This document shows, piece by piece, positions 43,018 through 52,605 of a stretch of DNA of 64,000 nucleotides. Source of the DNA: an uncultured Verrucomicrobiota bacterium (GTDB lineage: Bacteria > Verrucomicrobiota > Verrucomicrobiia > Limisphaerales > CAIMTB01); NCBI GenBank assembly GCA_964608505.1, contig CAZSOV010000001.1, positions 32,630 through 96,629 of the forward strand, written 5' to 3'. Both the position numbers and the translations under genes were made by a program. The notes under the pieces were generated by a model. That model did not search any database and was not told the DNA's origin. It saw nothing but the letters and a program-made list of their open reading frames with translations. The first letter of the stretch is position 1. Each line of letters starts with the position of its first letter.

Positions 43018-46000
43018 ATGAAATCCCTGTTCCGCTTCGTGGCCCGCGCGGCCCTCCTCCTCGCCCTTGCGCCGGCCCTCCCGCCCCTCGCCCACGCCGC
43101 CCCGCTGCAATATCTCCCGGTCTACGACGGCACCACGCACGACGCCTGGATCGCCGACCTGTGGGACCGCAGCCCGCCCACCCCGATCGAGGTCGACTTT
43201 GCGGCGCCCGCCCCCGGACGCGCCGGCCAGGCCATCGAGGTGCGCTTCTCGCCGCCCGGTACCTACGGTGCGTTCGGGCTGGCCGACCGCGAAGTCGGCT
43301 GGATCCAGCGCTTCCACTATCTCAACGAGATTCGGACGGTGGAGTTCGACCTCTACTTCGACGCCGATTCCACGGGCGAGGACGGGATGCGCTTCATCCT
43401 GGAGGACGGCGGCCTCGCCGATTCGGTCGGGTTTGCCGAACTCGTTCCCGGATGGCCGCTCATGAACGACGCCCAGCGCCGCGGCCAATGGCACCACATC
43501 CAGGTCCACCTTCCCGATCTCCACCCGGCCATCCCCCGCTTCCATCGCTTCCTGCTCTTCAACGACGGCGACGGTCTGGGCCACCCGCATTTCCGTCTCG
43601 CCGACGTCCGCCTCGGCTGGGAACCCGACCTCGCGCCGCCCGTGATCCAGATCGGGTCCACGGTTCCGAACGACACCTACGACGGGCTCGACCTTGCCTT
43701 CACGACCGACGAACCCACGACGTTCCGGATCGAGTACGGGATCGGCGCCTACGACCACGTGCTCGAGGGCGCGGTCGACGACTGGGCCACCGTGCGACAC
43801 GCGACGCTCGCCGGGTTGAGTCCCGGCCAGACCGTGCAATACCGCATCACCGCCTCGGACCACCGGATCGGGGCCGGGGTCCCGCCCAACGCCGCCACCG
43901 TGTCGGGAACCTTCGCGATGCCGGATGCCCCGACCGCTCCGCCGGACATTCCGGTGTTCGAGGTGGCGGGCGTCACCGGCAACCGCGCCGACCTCCATTG
44001 GACGGTCACGCGCGCGTCCCGCGCCGTCCTGGCCTACCGAAAGTCCGGCGGGGCCGAACTCGTCCGGGCCACGACGGAGTACGCGACCGACGCGAGTTTC
44101 ACGCTGGACCTGCTCGAGCCGGCGAGCACCTACACCGTGACCCTGACCACGACGGATGCCTTCGGATGGGAGGCCGTCCGGAACCTGACCCTGACCACCG
44201 GCAGCATCGTCGCTCCGACCGTGACCATCACGATCCATCCGGACCAGGCCCGCCCGATCTCGCCGTGGATTTACGGGGTCAACTTCGCCGAGGAGATGCC
44301 CGCACCCGCCCAGAACCTCACCTTCAGCCGTCTCGGCGGGAACCGCTGGACGGCCTACAACTGGGAAAGCAACGACTCCAACGCCGGCAACGACTGGGGC
44401 CCCTATTCGAACGACCGGTGGATCCACGAGAGCCTCCAGTTCTACAACAACGGCATCCTGCCCGTCAGCCTCGGCTCCGCCGACCTGCCCGCCGAGGCCG
44501 TGCGCGCCCGTGTCGCCGCCCACCGCGCCGCCGGCCTCGCCAGCCTGATCACCGTCCAGATGCAGGGGTACGCCGCCGCCGATCACGAGGGCAGCGTCGA
44601 CATCCTCCAACCCGGCTACCTCGAGCAGCGGTTCCATCCCGTCGTGTACCGCAAGAACGCGCCGTTCGCCGACCCGCCCGACCTCGCCGATGACACCGTG
44701 TACATCGACGAATTCGTCTGGGCGCTGCGCCGGAGGTTTCCCGCAGACATCTATGCCGATCCCGCGGCCCCGACCTTCATCAGCCTCGATAACGAGCCGG
44801 AGATCTGGTTCAGCACGCACCGCGAGATCCAGCCCCTGCCCATGCCGATGGCGGAATATCTCCAACGCACCATCGACCTCGCCTCCGCCATCAAGGACGT
44901 CGCCCCGTCCGCCACCCTGTTCGGCCCCGCCAGCTACGGGTTCAACGGACTCGTCAACTGGCAGAGCGAACCGGGCTTCGACGACCCGTCCTACTGGGCT
45001 GTCGACCGCTACCTCGATGCCGTCCGGACCGCCTCCGAACAGGCGGGACGGCGCCTGGTCGACGTGTACGACTTCCACTTCTACTCGGCGGTCAATGCCT
45101 CCCAGGGTGTCCAGGGTCCCGAGGTCACCCCCGAGCAGGTGCAGGCCATCGTCCAGTCGCCGCGCAGCCTTTGGGACCCGACCTACCGCGAGGATTCGTG
45201 GATCGACGCCTACCTCGGCGAACCGGTGCGCATGCTGGACCGGATCCAGGACCGGATCGCCGCCCGGATGCCCGGCATGGAGGTCGCCGTCACGGAATAC
45301 AATTTCATGGGCAACGCCCACATCGCCGGCGGCATCGCCCAGGCCGACACCCTCGGCATCTTCGGCCAGCGCGGCGTGTTCGCCGCCAATTTCTGGCCGC
45401 TCACTTTCAACGCCTCCTACGCCTACGTCATGGCGGGCTTCCGGATGTACCGCGACTTCGACGGCGCCCGCGGCTCGTTCGGCGACGTCTCCCTCCCCAC
45501 CGAGTCCCAGGACACCGCCAAGGTGGCCGCCTATGTCAGCCGCGATTCCACCCGCCCCGGGCGCCACGTCATCGTGGCTCTGAACCGTTCCGGCCAGAAC
45601 CAGGAGGTCGCCTTCCAAGGGCTCGCCGCCGGCGGACAGGCGCGCGTCTACCGCCTCGACGGCCAGGTCGCCGCCCCGGTGTTCGTCGGCGAGGTCTCGG
45701 TCCAGCTCGAGGCCTGGGTCATCACGCTCCCGCCCCTCAGCGTCTCCACCATCGAGATCACGCCGGCCGCGGCCAACGCCACCCCGACCGCGGCGCCCGA
45801 TCACGCCCTCCGACCCTCCAGTTCGGTCGTGCTCAAGATCCCCCTGCGGTCGTTGCTGGCCAATGACTCCGACCCGGACGGCGATCCGCTGTCCGTGGTC
45901 GGCGTCCTCAACCCCGAACCCGCCGGCGCCCGCGTCGAGGTCCGCGGCCCGTTCGTCGTCTACACGGCTCCCGCGCCGAACGCCGGGCCCGGGGGATTCG

Positions 46001-46320
46001 ACTACCGCCTCGCCGACGGTCCCGGGGGCCACGAGGTGCCGGGGCACGTCACCATCGCCGAATCCGCGCCCCCGTCGCCGAACACCCGGCCCAACGCCGT
46101 GGCCATCGTCCGCGTCGGGACCGAGGCGGAGATCGTGTTCCTCGGCCTGCCGGGGGCGACCTATCGCGTGCAATACACGACGGAGGCCGGGCCCGACCCC
46201 GCGTGGCTCGACTTCGCCCCGGTGGCGCTCCACGTGACTCCGGACAACGGCGTGTTCCGCCACCGGGACACCGAGGCCACGGGTCCGGCACGTTTCTACC
46301 GCGCCATTCCCGCTCCCTGA
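43018..46320 (+). CDS. secreted glycoside hydrolase family 44-like enzyme with FN3-like and cadherin-like domains
   Basis: ORF 42811..46320 trimmed to the ATG at 43018 (MKSLFRFVARAALLLALAPALPPLAHA). GH44-type core: ISPWIYGVNFAE..LTFSRLGGNRWTAYNWESNDSNAGNDWGP. The C-terminal segment LLANDSDPDGDPLSVV is cadherin-like. Confidence 0.8.
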   Translation: MKSLFRFVARAALLLALAPALPPLAHAAPLQYLPVYDGTTHDAWIADLWDRSPPTPIEVDFAAPAPGRAGQAIEVRFSPPGTYGAFGLADREVGWIQRFHYLNEIRTVEFDLYFDADSTGEDGMRFILEDGGLADSVGFAELVPGWPLMNDAQRRGQWHHIQVHLPDLHPAIPRFHRFLLFNDGDGLGHPHFRLADVRLGWEPDLAPPVIQIGSTVPNDTYDGLDLAFTTDEPTTFRIEYGIGAYDHVLEGAVDDWATVRHATLAGLSPGQTVQYRITASDHRIGAGVPPNAATVSGTFAMPDAPTAPPDIPVFEVAGVTGNRADLHWTVTRASRAVLAYRKSGGAELVRATTEYATDASFTLDLLEPASTYTVTLTTTDAFGWEAVRNLTLTTGSIVAPTVTITIHPDQARPISPWIYGVNFAEEMPAPAQNLTFSRLGGNRWTAYNWESNDSNAGNDWGPYSNDRWIHESLQFYNNGILPVSLGSADLPAEAVRARVAAHRAAGLASLITVQMQGYAAADHEGSVDILQPGYLEQRFHPVVYRKNAPFADPPDLADDTVYIDEFVWALRRRFPADIYADPAAPTFISLDNEPEIWFSTHREIQPLPMPMAEYLQRTIDLASAIKDVAPSATLFGPASYGFNGLVNWQSEPGFDDPSYWAVDRYLDAVRTASEQAGRRLVDVYDFHFYSAVNASQGVQGPEVTPEQVQAIVQSPRSLWDPTYREDSWIDAYLGEPVRMLDRIQDRIAARMPGMEVAVTEYNFMGNAHIAGGIAQADTLGIFGQRGVFAANFWPLTFNASYAYVMAGFRMYRDFDGARGSFGDVSLPTESQDTAKVAAYVSRDSTRPGRHVIVALNRSGQNQEVAFQGLAAGGQARVYRLDGQVAAPVFVGEVSVQLEAWVITLPPLSVSTIEITPAAANATPTAAPDHALRPSSSVVLKIPLRSLLANDSDPDGDPLSVVGVLNPEPAGARVEVRGPFVVYTAPAPNAGPGGFDYRLADGPGGHEVPGHVTIAESAPPSPNTRPNAVAIVRVGTEAEIVFLGLPGATYRVQYTTEAGPDPAWLDFAPVALHVTPDNGVFRHRDTEATGPARFYRAIPAP

Positions 46321-46427
46321 CCCATCCCTCCACCCGCACGCACACACGGGCGGGCCGGCCCCGACCGCGGATCCGGTCCGCCCACCCCTGTTCTCCCTTC
46401 GAACCCACCCTTCCCACGAACTCTGCC

Positions 46428-47153
46428 ATGAATCCCACCCCTGCCCGCCTCCGCCTGTTCGCCGCCACCCTCCTCGCTCTCGCCGCCTCGGCGGTTCCCT
46501 CCGCCGTCGGTTTCGAAACGACGGTTTCCTACGACTTCATCCCGGACGGCGTGCCGCGCGCCATTCCCGACGCCCAACTCGCGCCCACCGTGCTCGAACT
46601 CGACCTCGCCGCTTCCGGGCTGGCGGCCATCCAGTCGGTGGAGCTCGACCTGCGGTTGGCCGGCACCCCGGACGCGCCCGGATTCGCCGGCGACATGATC
46701 GTGTACCTCGTCCATGACCTCGAACAAACCGCGTTCCTCCTGAACCGCGTGGGGGTCGGGGTCGGAATCGGCGACGGGGCCGCAACCGGCTTCTTCTACT
46801 CCGGCTGGAACGTCACCTTCTCGGACGAGGCGTCCGGACCGGGCATCCACGACACGGAACCGGGCTCCGATCTCATGATAGGTTCGTGGGCGCCCGATGC
46901 CCGGGCGCAGGCCGGCGACCCGACCGATCTCGCTCACTTCGGCCTGGGGATCTTCGCGGGGGCGCCCGCGGACGGCACCTGGCACCTCGCCCTCGTCGAT
47001 GCCAGCCCCGGGGGCACGATGTGGCTGGAGGGGGCGACCCTGCGCCTCGCGGGCGAAACGACTCCCGTCGTTCCGGAAACCGGCGCCGGGGGCGTGGCCG
47101 CCGCCGCGGTCCTGGCGGGGGCGATCCTGGCTCGGCGGGCGGGCGGGAAGTGA
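46428..47153 (+). CDS. secreted protein with proprotein-convertase P-domain-like region and PEP-CTERM-like anchor
   Basis: ATG at 46428 gives [26 protein letters not shown] (signal). The C-terminus [28 protein letters not shown] follows the motif, helix, basic-tail pattern of a PEP-CTERM anchor. The P-domain call is tentative. Confidence 0.65.
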   Translation: MNPTPARLRLFAATLLALAASAVPSAVGFETTVSYDFIPDGVPRAIPDAQLAPTVLELDLAASGLAAIQSVELDLRLAGTPDAPGFAGDMIVYLVHDLEQTAFLLNRVGVGVGIGDGAATGFFYSGWNVTFSDEASGPGIHDTEPGSDLMIGSWAPDARAQAGDPTDLAHFGLGIFAGAPADGTWHLALVDASPGGTMWLEGATLRLAGETTPVVPETGAGGVAAAAVLAGAILARRAGGK

Positions 47154-47289
47154 CGCACGGGCACACGCCTGCCCCGGGGTGAAGACCCCATGGCCGGGGC
47201 GGCGGGCGGGGGCCAGGCTAGGTTCGATGCAACAGTCCGCGGGGACCGGGGCAGGGCAGGCGGAGAAGGCACTGAATCACAACGATTCT

Positions 47290-49248
47290 ATGGCAAAGAT
47301 ACTCGGCATCGATCTGGGAACGACGAACTCGTGCATGGCGGTCATCGACGGCGGAGAGACCGTCGTCCTCGAGAACTCCGAGGGACGGCGCACCACCCCC
47401 TCCGTGGTGGCGTTCGCCAAGACGGGCGAGCGCCTGGTGGGGGAGGCCGCCAAACGCCAGGCCGTCACCAATGCCACCAACACGATCTATTCCATCAAGC
47501 GGTTCATGGGACGAAAGTTCGAGGAAGTGCAGGAGGAGGCCAGCCGGGTGCCGTTCAAGATCGTCCGGGCCGCCAACGGCGACGCCGTCGTCGAAGTGCT
47601 GATCGACGGCCAGCCGAGGCAATTCAGTCCGCCCGAGATCTCGGCCATGGTGCTCGGCAAGCTCAAGGCGGATGCCGAGACGCGCCTGGGCGAGACGATC
47701 ACGCAGGCCGTCATCACCACCCCGGCCTACTTCAACGACTCGCAGCGCCAGGCGACCCGCGACGCCGGACGCATCGCCGGGCTGGAGGTGCTCCGCATCA
47801 TCAACGAGCCCACCGCCGCCGCCCTGGCCTACGGCCTCGACAAACGGAAGGACGAGAAAATTGCCGTCTACGATCTCGGCGGCGGCACGTTCGACATCTC
47901 GGTGCTCGAACTCGGCGACGGCGTCTTCCACGTCAAGGCCACCAACGGGGACACGCACCTGGGCGGGGACGACTGGGACAACCGGCTCATGGACTGGATG
48001 CTCGACGAGTTCAAGCGGGACCACGGGATCGACCTCCGCCGGCAACCCGACGCCCTCCAGCGCATCAAGGAGGAGGGCGAGAAGGCCAAGATCGCCCTCT
48101 CCAGTTCGCTCCACTACGAGATCAGCCTGCCCTTCATCACCGCCGACGCCGGCGGCCCCAAGCACCTCGGCCTGAAATTGTCCCGCGCCAAACTCGAGCA
48201 GCTCTGCGAACCCCTCTTCGAACGCACCGTCGCCCCCGTGGTCGCCTGTCTCAAGGATGCCGGACTCGACGCGGATCGGATCGACGAACTGGTGCTCGTG
48301 GGTGGCATGACGCGGATGCCGCGCGTGGTCGAGACCGCCCGCCGGCTGGTCCACAAACCACCTCATCAGGGCGTCAACCCCGACGAGGTCGTGGCCATCG
48401 GTGCCGCGATCCAGGCCGGGGTCCTCAAGGGCGAGGTCAAGGACGTGCTCCTGCTCGACGTGACCCCGCTTTCCCTCGGCATCGAGACGCTCGGCGGGGT
48501 GTTCACCCGGCTCATCGAGCGCAACACCACCATCCCGAGCCGCAAATCCGAAACCTTCTCCACCGCGGCCGACAACCAGCCCGGCGTCGAGATCCACGTC
48601 CTCCAGGGCGAACGCGCCTTCGCCCGCGACAACAAGTCGGTCGGACGGTTCACCCTCGACGCCATTCCGCCCGCGCCGCGCGGGGTTCCGAAGATCGAGG
48701 TCAGCTTCGACATCGATGCCAGCGGGATCCTCCATGTCAGCGCCAAGGATCTCGGCACCGGCAAGGAACAGAAGATCACCATCACCGCCAGCAGCGGCCT
48801 CGCGAAGGCGGAGATCGAACGGATGCGCCGCGACGCCGAAGTCCACGCCGCGGAGGATCAGAAGCGCAAGGAGGAGCTGGAGGCGTCCAACGAGGCGGAG
48901 CACGCGGTGCATCGCACGGAGACCTTCCTGAAGCAGAGCGGTACCAGGCTTTCCTCCCCCAGCCGGACCCGGCTCGAAGCGGACCTTGCCGCCGTCAAGG
49001 ATGCCTTGCAGGGCCGGAACGCCGCGGCGATCCGCATTGCCGGCGAGAAATTGAATGCAACGTGGCAGGTCGCCTCCGCCGAGCTTTACCAGGCGGCTCC
49101 CGACCGCGCCGCGGACCCGGACGCCGGCAAGGCCGACGGCAGCCGGCCCGACCCCGGCGCCGATCCCGCCGCCCCGTCTCCGGACGGCAAGGTCCACGAG
49201 GACCCGGTCATCGATGCCGAGGTCGTGGAGGAACGGAAGGCGGCCTAG
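47290..49248 (+). CDS. dnaK: molecular chaperone DnaK (Hsp70)
   Basis: ORF 46897..49248 trimmed to the ATG at 47290: [45 protein letters not shown].. Confidence 0.97.
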   Translation: MAKILGIDLGTTNSCMAVIDGGETVVLENSEGRRTTPSVVAFAKTGERLVGEAAKRQAVTNATNTIYSIKRFMGRKFEEVQEEASRVPFKIVRAANGDAVVEVLIDGQPRQFSPPEISAMVLGKLKADAETRLGETITQAVITTPAYFNDSQRQATRDAGRIAGLEVLRIINEPTAAALAYGLDKRKDEKIAVYDLGGGTFDISVLELGDGVFHVKATNGDTHLGGDDWDNRLMDWMLDEFKRDHGIDLRRQPDALQRIKEEGEKAKIALSSSLHYEISLPFITADAGGPKHLGLKLSRAKLEQLCEPLFERTVAPVVACLKDAGLDADRIDELVLVGGMTRMPRVVETARRLVHKPPHQGVNPDEVVAIGAAIQAGVLKGEVKDVLLLDVTPLSLGIETLGGVFTRLIERNTTIPSRKSETFSTAADNQPGVEIHVLQGERAFARDNKSVGRFTLDAIPPAPRGVPKIEVSFDIDASGILHVSAKDLGTGKEQKITITASSGLAKAEIERMRRDAEVHAAEDQKRKEELEASNEAEHAVHRTETFLKQSGTRLSSPSRTRLEADLAAVKDALQGRNAAAIRIAGEKLNATWQVASAELYQAAPDRAADPDAGKADGSRPDPGADPAAPSPDGKVHEDPVIDAEVVEERKAA

Positions 49249-49294
49249 TTCCGCGCTCCGCCCGGGGCGCGCGACCGGACGAAGGCCCCGCGTG

Positions 49295-49325
49295 GGCCGC
49301 CGGGGGGAAAGGGTCCCCGGCGGCC
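49295..49325 (+). terminator. strong GC stem-loop downstream of dnaK (candidate intrinsic terminator, no U-tract)
   Basis: ggccgccgggg-ggaaagggt-ccccggcggcc is a perfect 11-bp stem with a 9-nt loop. It starts 47 nt after the dnaK stop. Confidence 0.4.
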
Positions 49326-49374
49326 TCCGACCCAGCCGGGCGTCGTCCCTCGATCGGACCGAACGGCCCAGCCC

Positions 49375-52131
49375 ATGAGCACCGTCACCCGCGCCCTCCC
49401 CGGCGCCGCCACCGAAATCCTCTGGCACCGCCTGCCCGCGGCCGCCGTGCTGGACACGTTCGCCTCGACCGAGGCCGGACTCTCGACCGCGGAGGCGGCC
49501 CGGCGCCTCGCCCTTCACGGCCCCAACGCGCTCCGGGAGGTCGCCCGGACCGGCTCCCTCCGGATCTTCCTCCGGCAATTCAGGAGTCTTCTCGTCGGGA
49601 TCCTGGTCGTGGCCGGCATCGTCTCGGGAATCCTGGGCGAGTTCGTCGACTGCGTCGCCATTCTCGCCATCGTCCTGCTCAACGCGGGCATCGGGTTCTA
49701 CCAGGAGTACAGCGCCGAACGGTCCATCGCCGCCCTCCGGCAACTCACCGCTCCCCGCGCGACGGTCCGGCGCGATGGAACCCCCCGCGCCATCCCCGCC
49801 GTCGACCTCGTGGTCGGGGACGTCCTCGCCCTCCAGGCCGGGGACCTGGTCGCCGCGGATGCCCGCCTCCTGAACGCGGCCTCCCTGCTCTGCATCGAGT
49901 CCGCCCTCACCGGCGAATCCGAGGCCGTCACCAAGAACCCCGATCCGCTCCCGGCCCCCGATCTGCCGCTCGGCGACCGCGAGAACATGGTGTTCATGGG
50001 AACGAGCATCGCCGGCGGCACCGCCCATGCCGTGGTGGTGGCGACCGGCATGGCAACGGAACTCGGTCGCATCGCCGAACTCATGGAGGTCACCGGGGCC
50101 CATGACGCGACCCCGTTGCAGCGGAAACTCGCCGTCTTCGGACGCCTCCTCGTCTGGGTGACGCTCGCCGCGGTCGGCTTGCTGTTCGGCCTCGGCCTGC
50201 TCCGCGGCACGAGACCCCTCGAGCTGTTCATGACCTCCGTCAGCCTCGCCGTCGCCGCCGTGCCCGAGGGCCTGCCCGCCGTCGTCACCGTGGCGCTCGC
50301 CCTCGGCGTCTCCCGGATGGCCCGCCGCGGGGCGCTCGTCCGCCGCCTGCCCGCCGTCGAAACGCTCGGCTCCACCACCGTCATCTGCACGGACAAAACC
50401 GGCACCCTCACCCTGGGCCAGATGACCGTGCGCGCCTTTCAGATCGCCGACCAGCGCTACGCCGTCACCGGCGAGGGCTACGGCCCCGAAGGCCAGGTGC
50501 TCGTCCAGGACCATCCGGCGGATGCCCCGCAACGGGCGGCGCTCCGGCCCCTCGCCGTCGCCATCACCGCCTGCAACAACGCCCACCTCGTCCACGAGGC
50601 CGGAACCTGGGGCGTCCTCGGCGATCCCACCGAAGGCGCCTTGCTCGCCGCCGGCGCCAAGGCCGGCGCCGACCGGGAACTCCTCGACCGCGAACTCCCC
50701 CGGCACCACGCCCTTCCCTTCGACTCCGATCGCAAGCGCGGCACCGTCATTCGCAGGACCCCGGAGGGCACCCTCCGCGCCTTCGTCAACGGCGCCCCCG
50801 GCCCCCTCCTGCTCGGCTGCTCGCACCACCTCGCCGCGTCCGGCGTCCAACCCCTGACCGAGGCCGATCGCGCGCGCATCCTCGCCGACACCGTCGCCCT
50901 CGCGCGCGAGTCGTTGCGCGTCCTCGCCTCCGCCTACCGCGATCTCCCCGGAACGACCCCCGTGGCCGAACTCACCCCCGACCGCGTCGAGCGCGACCTG
51001 GTCTTCGTCGGCCTGACCGGCATGTGGGACCCGCCGCGTCCCACCGCGCGGGACGCCGTGGCCCGCTGCCAGGCCGCCGGAATCCGCGTGGTCATGATCA
51101 CGGGCGACCACCCGGAAACCGCGACCGCCATCGCCCGTGACATCGGCATCGCTTCCGACCGCGACGGGACGGTCACGGGCGCCGAACTCGACCGCCTCTC
51201 CGAGGAGGAGTTGCGCGGGCGCGTCCCCGCCATCGCCGTCTACGCCCGCGTCACCGCGGAACACAAACTGCGCGTCGTCCGCGCCTGGAAGGCGAACGAG
51301 GCGGTGGTGGCCATGACGGGCGACGGCGTCAACGACGCCCCCGCCATCCGGGGCGCGGACATCGGCATCGCCATGGGGCGCAGCGGCACGGAAGTCACCC
51401 GCCAGGCCTCCGACATGATCCTCACCGACGACAATTTCGCCACCATCGTGGCCGCCGTCGAGGAAGGGCGCGGCATCTACGACAACATCCGGAAGACCCT
51501 GCAGTACCTGCTGGCGGGCAACACCGGGGAGATCCTGCTGCTCACCTTCTGTGTCGTCCCCGGCCTCCCCCCGGCCCTCGTGCCCATCCATCTGCTCTGG
51601 ATCAACCTGGTCACCGACGGACTGCCCGCCCTCTGCCTCGCCGTCGATCCCATCGATCCCGAGGTGATGAAGCGCCCGCCGCGCGGACGGTCCGAGCGGC
51701 TCACCGACGGCGCCTTCCTCCGGGCCATGGGCCTCACCGGGTTGCTCACGGCGGCGGTCGCGTTCGCCGTCTACCTGTGGGTCCTCCGCACCGGGTCGCT
51801 CGAACTCGCCCGCACCGAGGCCTTCGCCGTGCTCGTGTATTCCGAGCTGTTCCGGGCCTTCGGCAGCCGCAGCGCCACGACCCCGGTCTGGCGCATCCCG
51901 ATCCTTTCCAATCCATTGCTCGCCGCCGTCGTGGCGGTTTCCTGCGGGCTCCAGGTCTGGAGTCATCACAGCTCCCTCCTCGGCGGGTTTCTCAAGACGG
52001 TCCACGTGCCGCTCCTCGACGAGGCGATCCTGTTCGCGCTGGGAACCCTCCCGCTTCTGGCCCTCGAGGGAATCAAATGGTTGCGCAACCGCCGGGTGCC
52101 CGGTGCCGCGCCCGCGACGGGACAGGGGTGA
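49375..52131 (+). CDS. cation-transporting P-type ATPase (P2-type, Ca2+/Mg2+-ATPase-like)
   Basis: 918 aa with TGESEAV, PEGLPAV, ICTDKTGTLT, MITGDHPETA and TGDGVNDAPA motifs. Confidence 0.9.
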   Translation: MSTVTRALPGAATEILWHRLPAAAVLDTFASTEAGLSTAEAARRLALHGPNALREVARTGSLRIFLRQFRSLLVGILVVAGIVSGILGEFVDCVAILAIVLLNAGIGFYQEYSAERSIAALRQLTAPRATVRRDGTPRAIPAVDLVVGDVLALQAGDLVAADARLLNAASLLCIESALTGESEAVTKNPDPLPAPDLPLGDRENMVFMGTSIAGGTAHAVVVATGMATELGRIAELMEVTGAHDATPLQRKLAVFGRLLVWVTLAAVGLLFGLGLLRGTRPLELFMTSVSLAVAAVPEGLPAVVTVALALGVSRMARRGALVRRLPAVETLGSTTVICTDKTGTLTLGQMTVRAFQIADQRYAVTGEGYGPEGQVLVQDHPADAPQRAALRPLAVAITACNNAHLVHEAGTWGVLGDPTEGALLAAGAKAGADRELLDRELPRHHALPFDSDRKRGTVIRRTPEGTLRAFVNGAPGPLLLGCSHHLAASGVQPLTEADRARILADTVALARESLRVLASAYRDLPGTTPVAELTPDRVERDLVFVGLTGMWDPPRPTARDAVARCQAAGIRVVMITGDHPETATAIARDIGIASDRDGTVTGAELDRLSEEELRGRVPAIAVYARVTAEHKLRVVRAWKANEAVVAMTGDGVNDAPAIRGADIGIAMGRSGTEVTRQASDMILTDDNFATIVAAVEEGRGIYDNIRKTLQYLLAGNTGEILLLTFCVVPGLPPALVPIHLLWINLVTDGLPALCLAVDPIDPEVMKRPPRGRSERLTDGAFLRAMGLTGLLTAAVAFAVYLWVLRTGSLELARTEAFAVLVYSELFRAFGSRSATTPVWRIPILSNPLLAAVVAVSCGLQVWSHHSSLLGGFLKTVHVPLLDEAILFALGTLPLLALEGIKWLRNRRVPGAAPATGQG

Positions 52132-52175
52132 ACACCCCATGGACGGCCGCCGCCGCGCGGGCGCATACTCGCGGT

Positions 52176-52331
52176 ATGAAGGCACCTTCCATGAGCTGGG
52201 TCCGACGCCTTGTCCCCTCCCTCCTAGTCACCCTCCTGCTGGCCCTGTCGGGTTGGGGTTGTCGTACCGCCCACGGCTTCGGCGAGGACATGGAGAAGGC
52301 GGGCGAGAAGATTCAGGACGGGACGAAGTGA
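52176..52331 (+). CDS. entericidin-like small lipoprotein (51 aa)
   Basis: Tail of ORF 51777..52331 from the ATG at 52176: [51 protein letters not shown]. This gives a signal, a Cys, and a G.G.D.E.AGE.IQ pattern. Confidence 0.6.
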   Translation: MKAPSMSWVRRLVPSLLVTLLLALSGWGCRTAHGFGEDMEKAGEKIQDGTK

Positions 52332-52605
52332 CGGTGCTGCCCCACTCCCGGGGCCTCCCCGCCCGCGGGGACCCGGGAAACACCGCCGGGCCCGTTCCCG
52401 TGCCTGGAGTGACACCGGTCGTCGCGGAGCACGGGTGCGGGCTCGCGAGCGACGGGCGCGACGGGCGACGGTCCCGGATTTCGGGACGCACCGGCCCGAC
52501 CCGCCACCCCGCCGGAACCGTGGTTCCGGAATCCCGCCATCCCCGCCCGCGACGGCCGCTCGCCGTCGGTCGCGCCACGATGCCCATCGGTGCCGACACC
52601 TTCCC

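Noticed and set aside
47154-49374. CIRCE (HrcA operator) upstream of dnaK, and grpE/dnaJ in an operon with dnaK
   Set aside because: I could see no TTAGCACTC-N9-GAGTGCTAA-like inverted repeat in the 136-bp leader (47154..47289). dnaK is followed by a stem-loop (49295..49325) and then an unrelated ATPase gene.
39740-52185. Minus-strand giants 39740..42919, 42853..46347 and 47218..52185, antisense to the kinase, GH44, dnaK and P-type ATPase genes
   Set aside because: The + strand proteins are unmistakable (DnaK, P-type ATPase motifs, kinase motifs). The antisense translations are R/G/P/E-rich junk.
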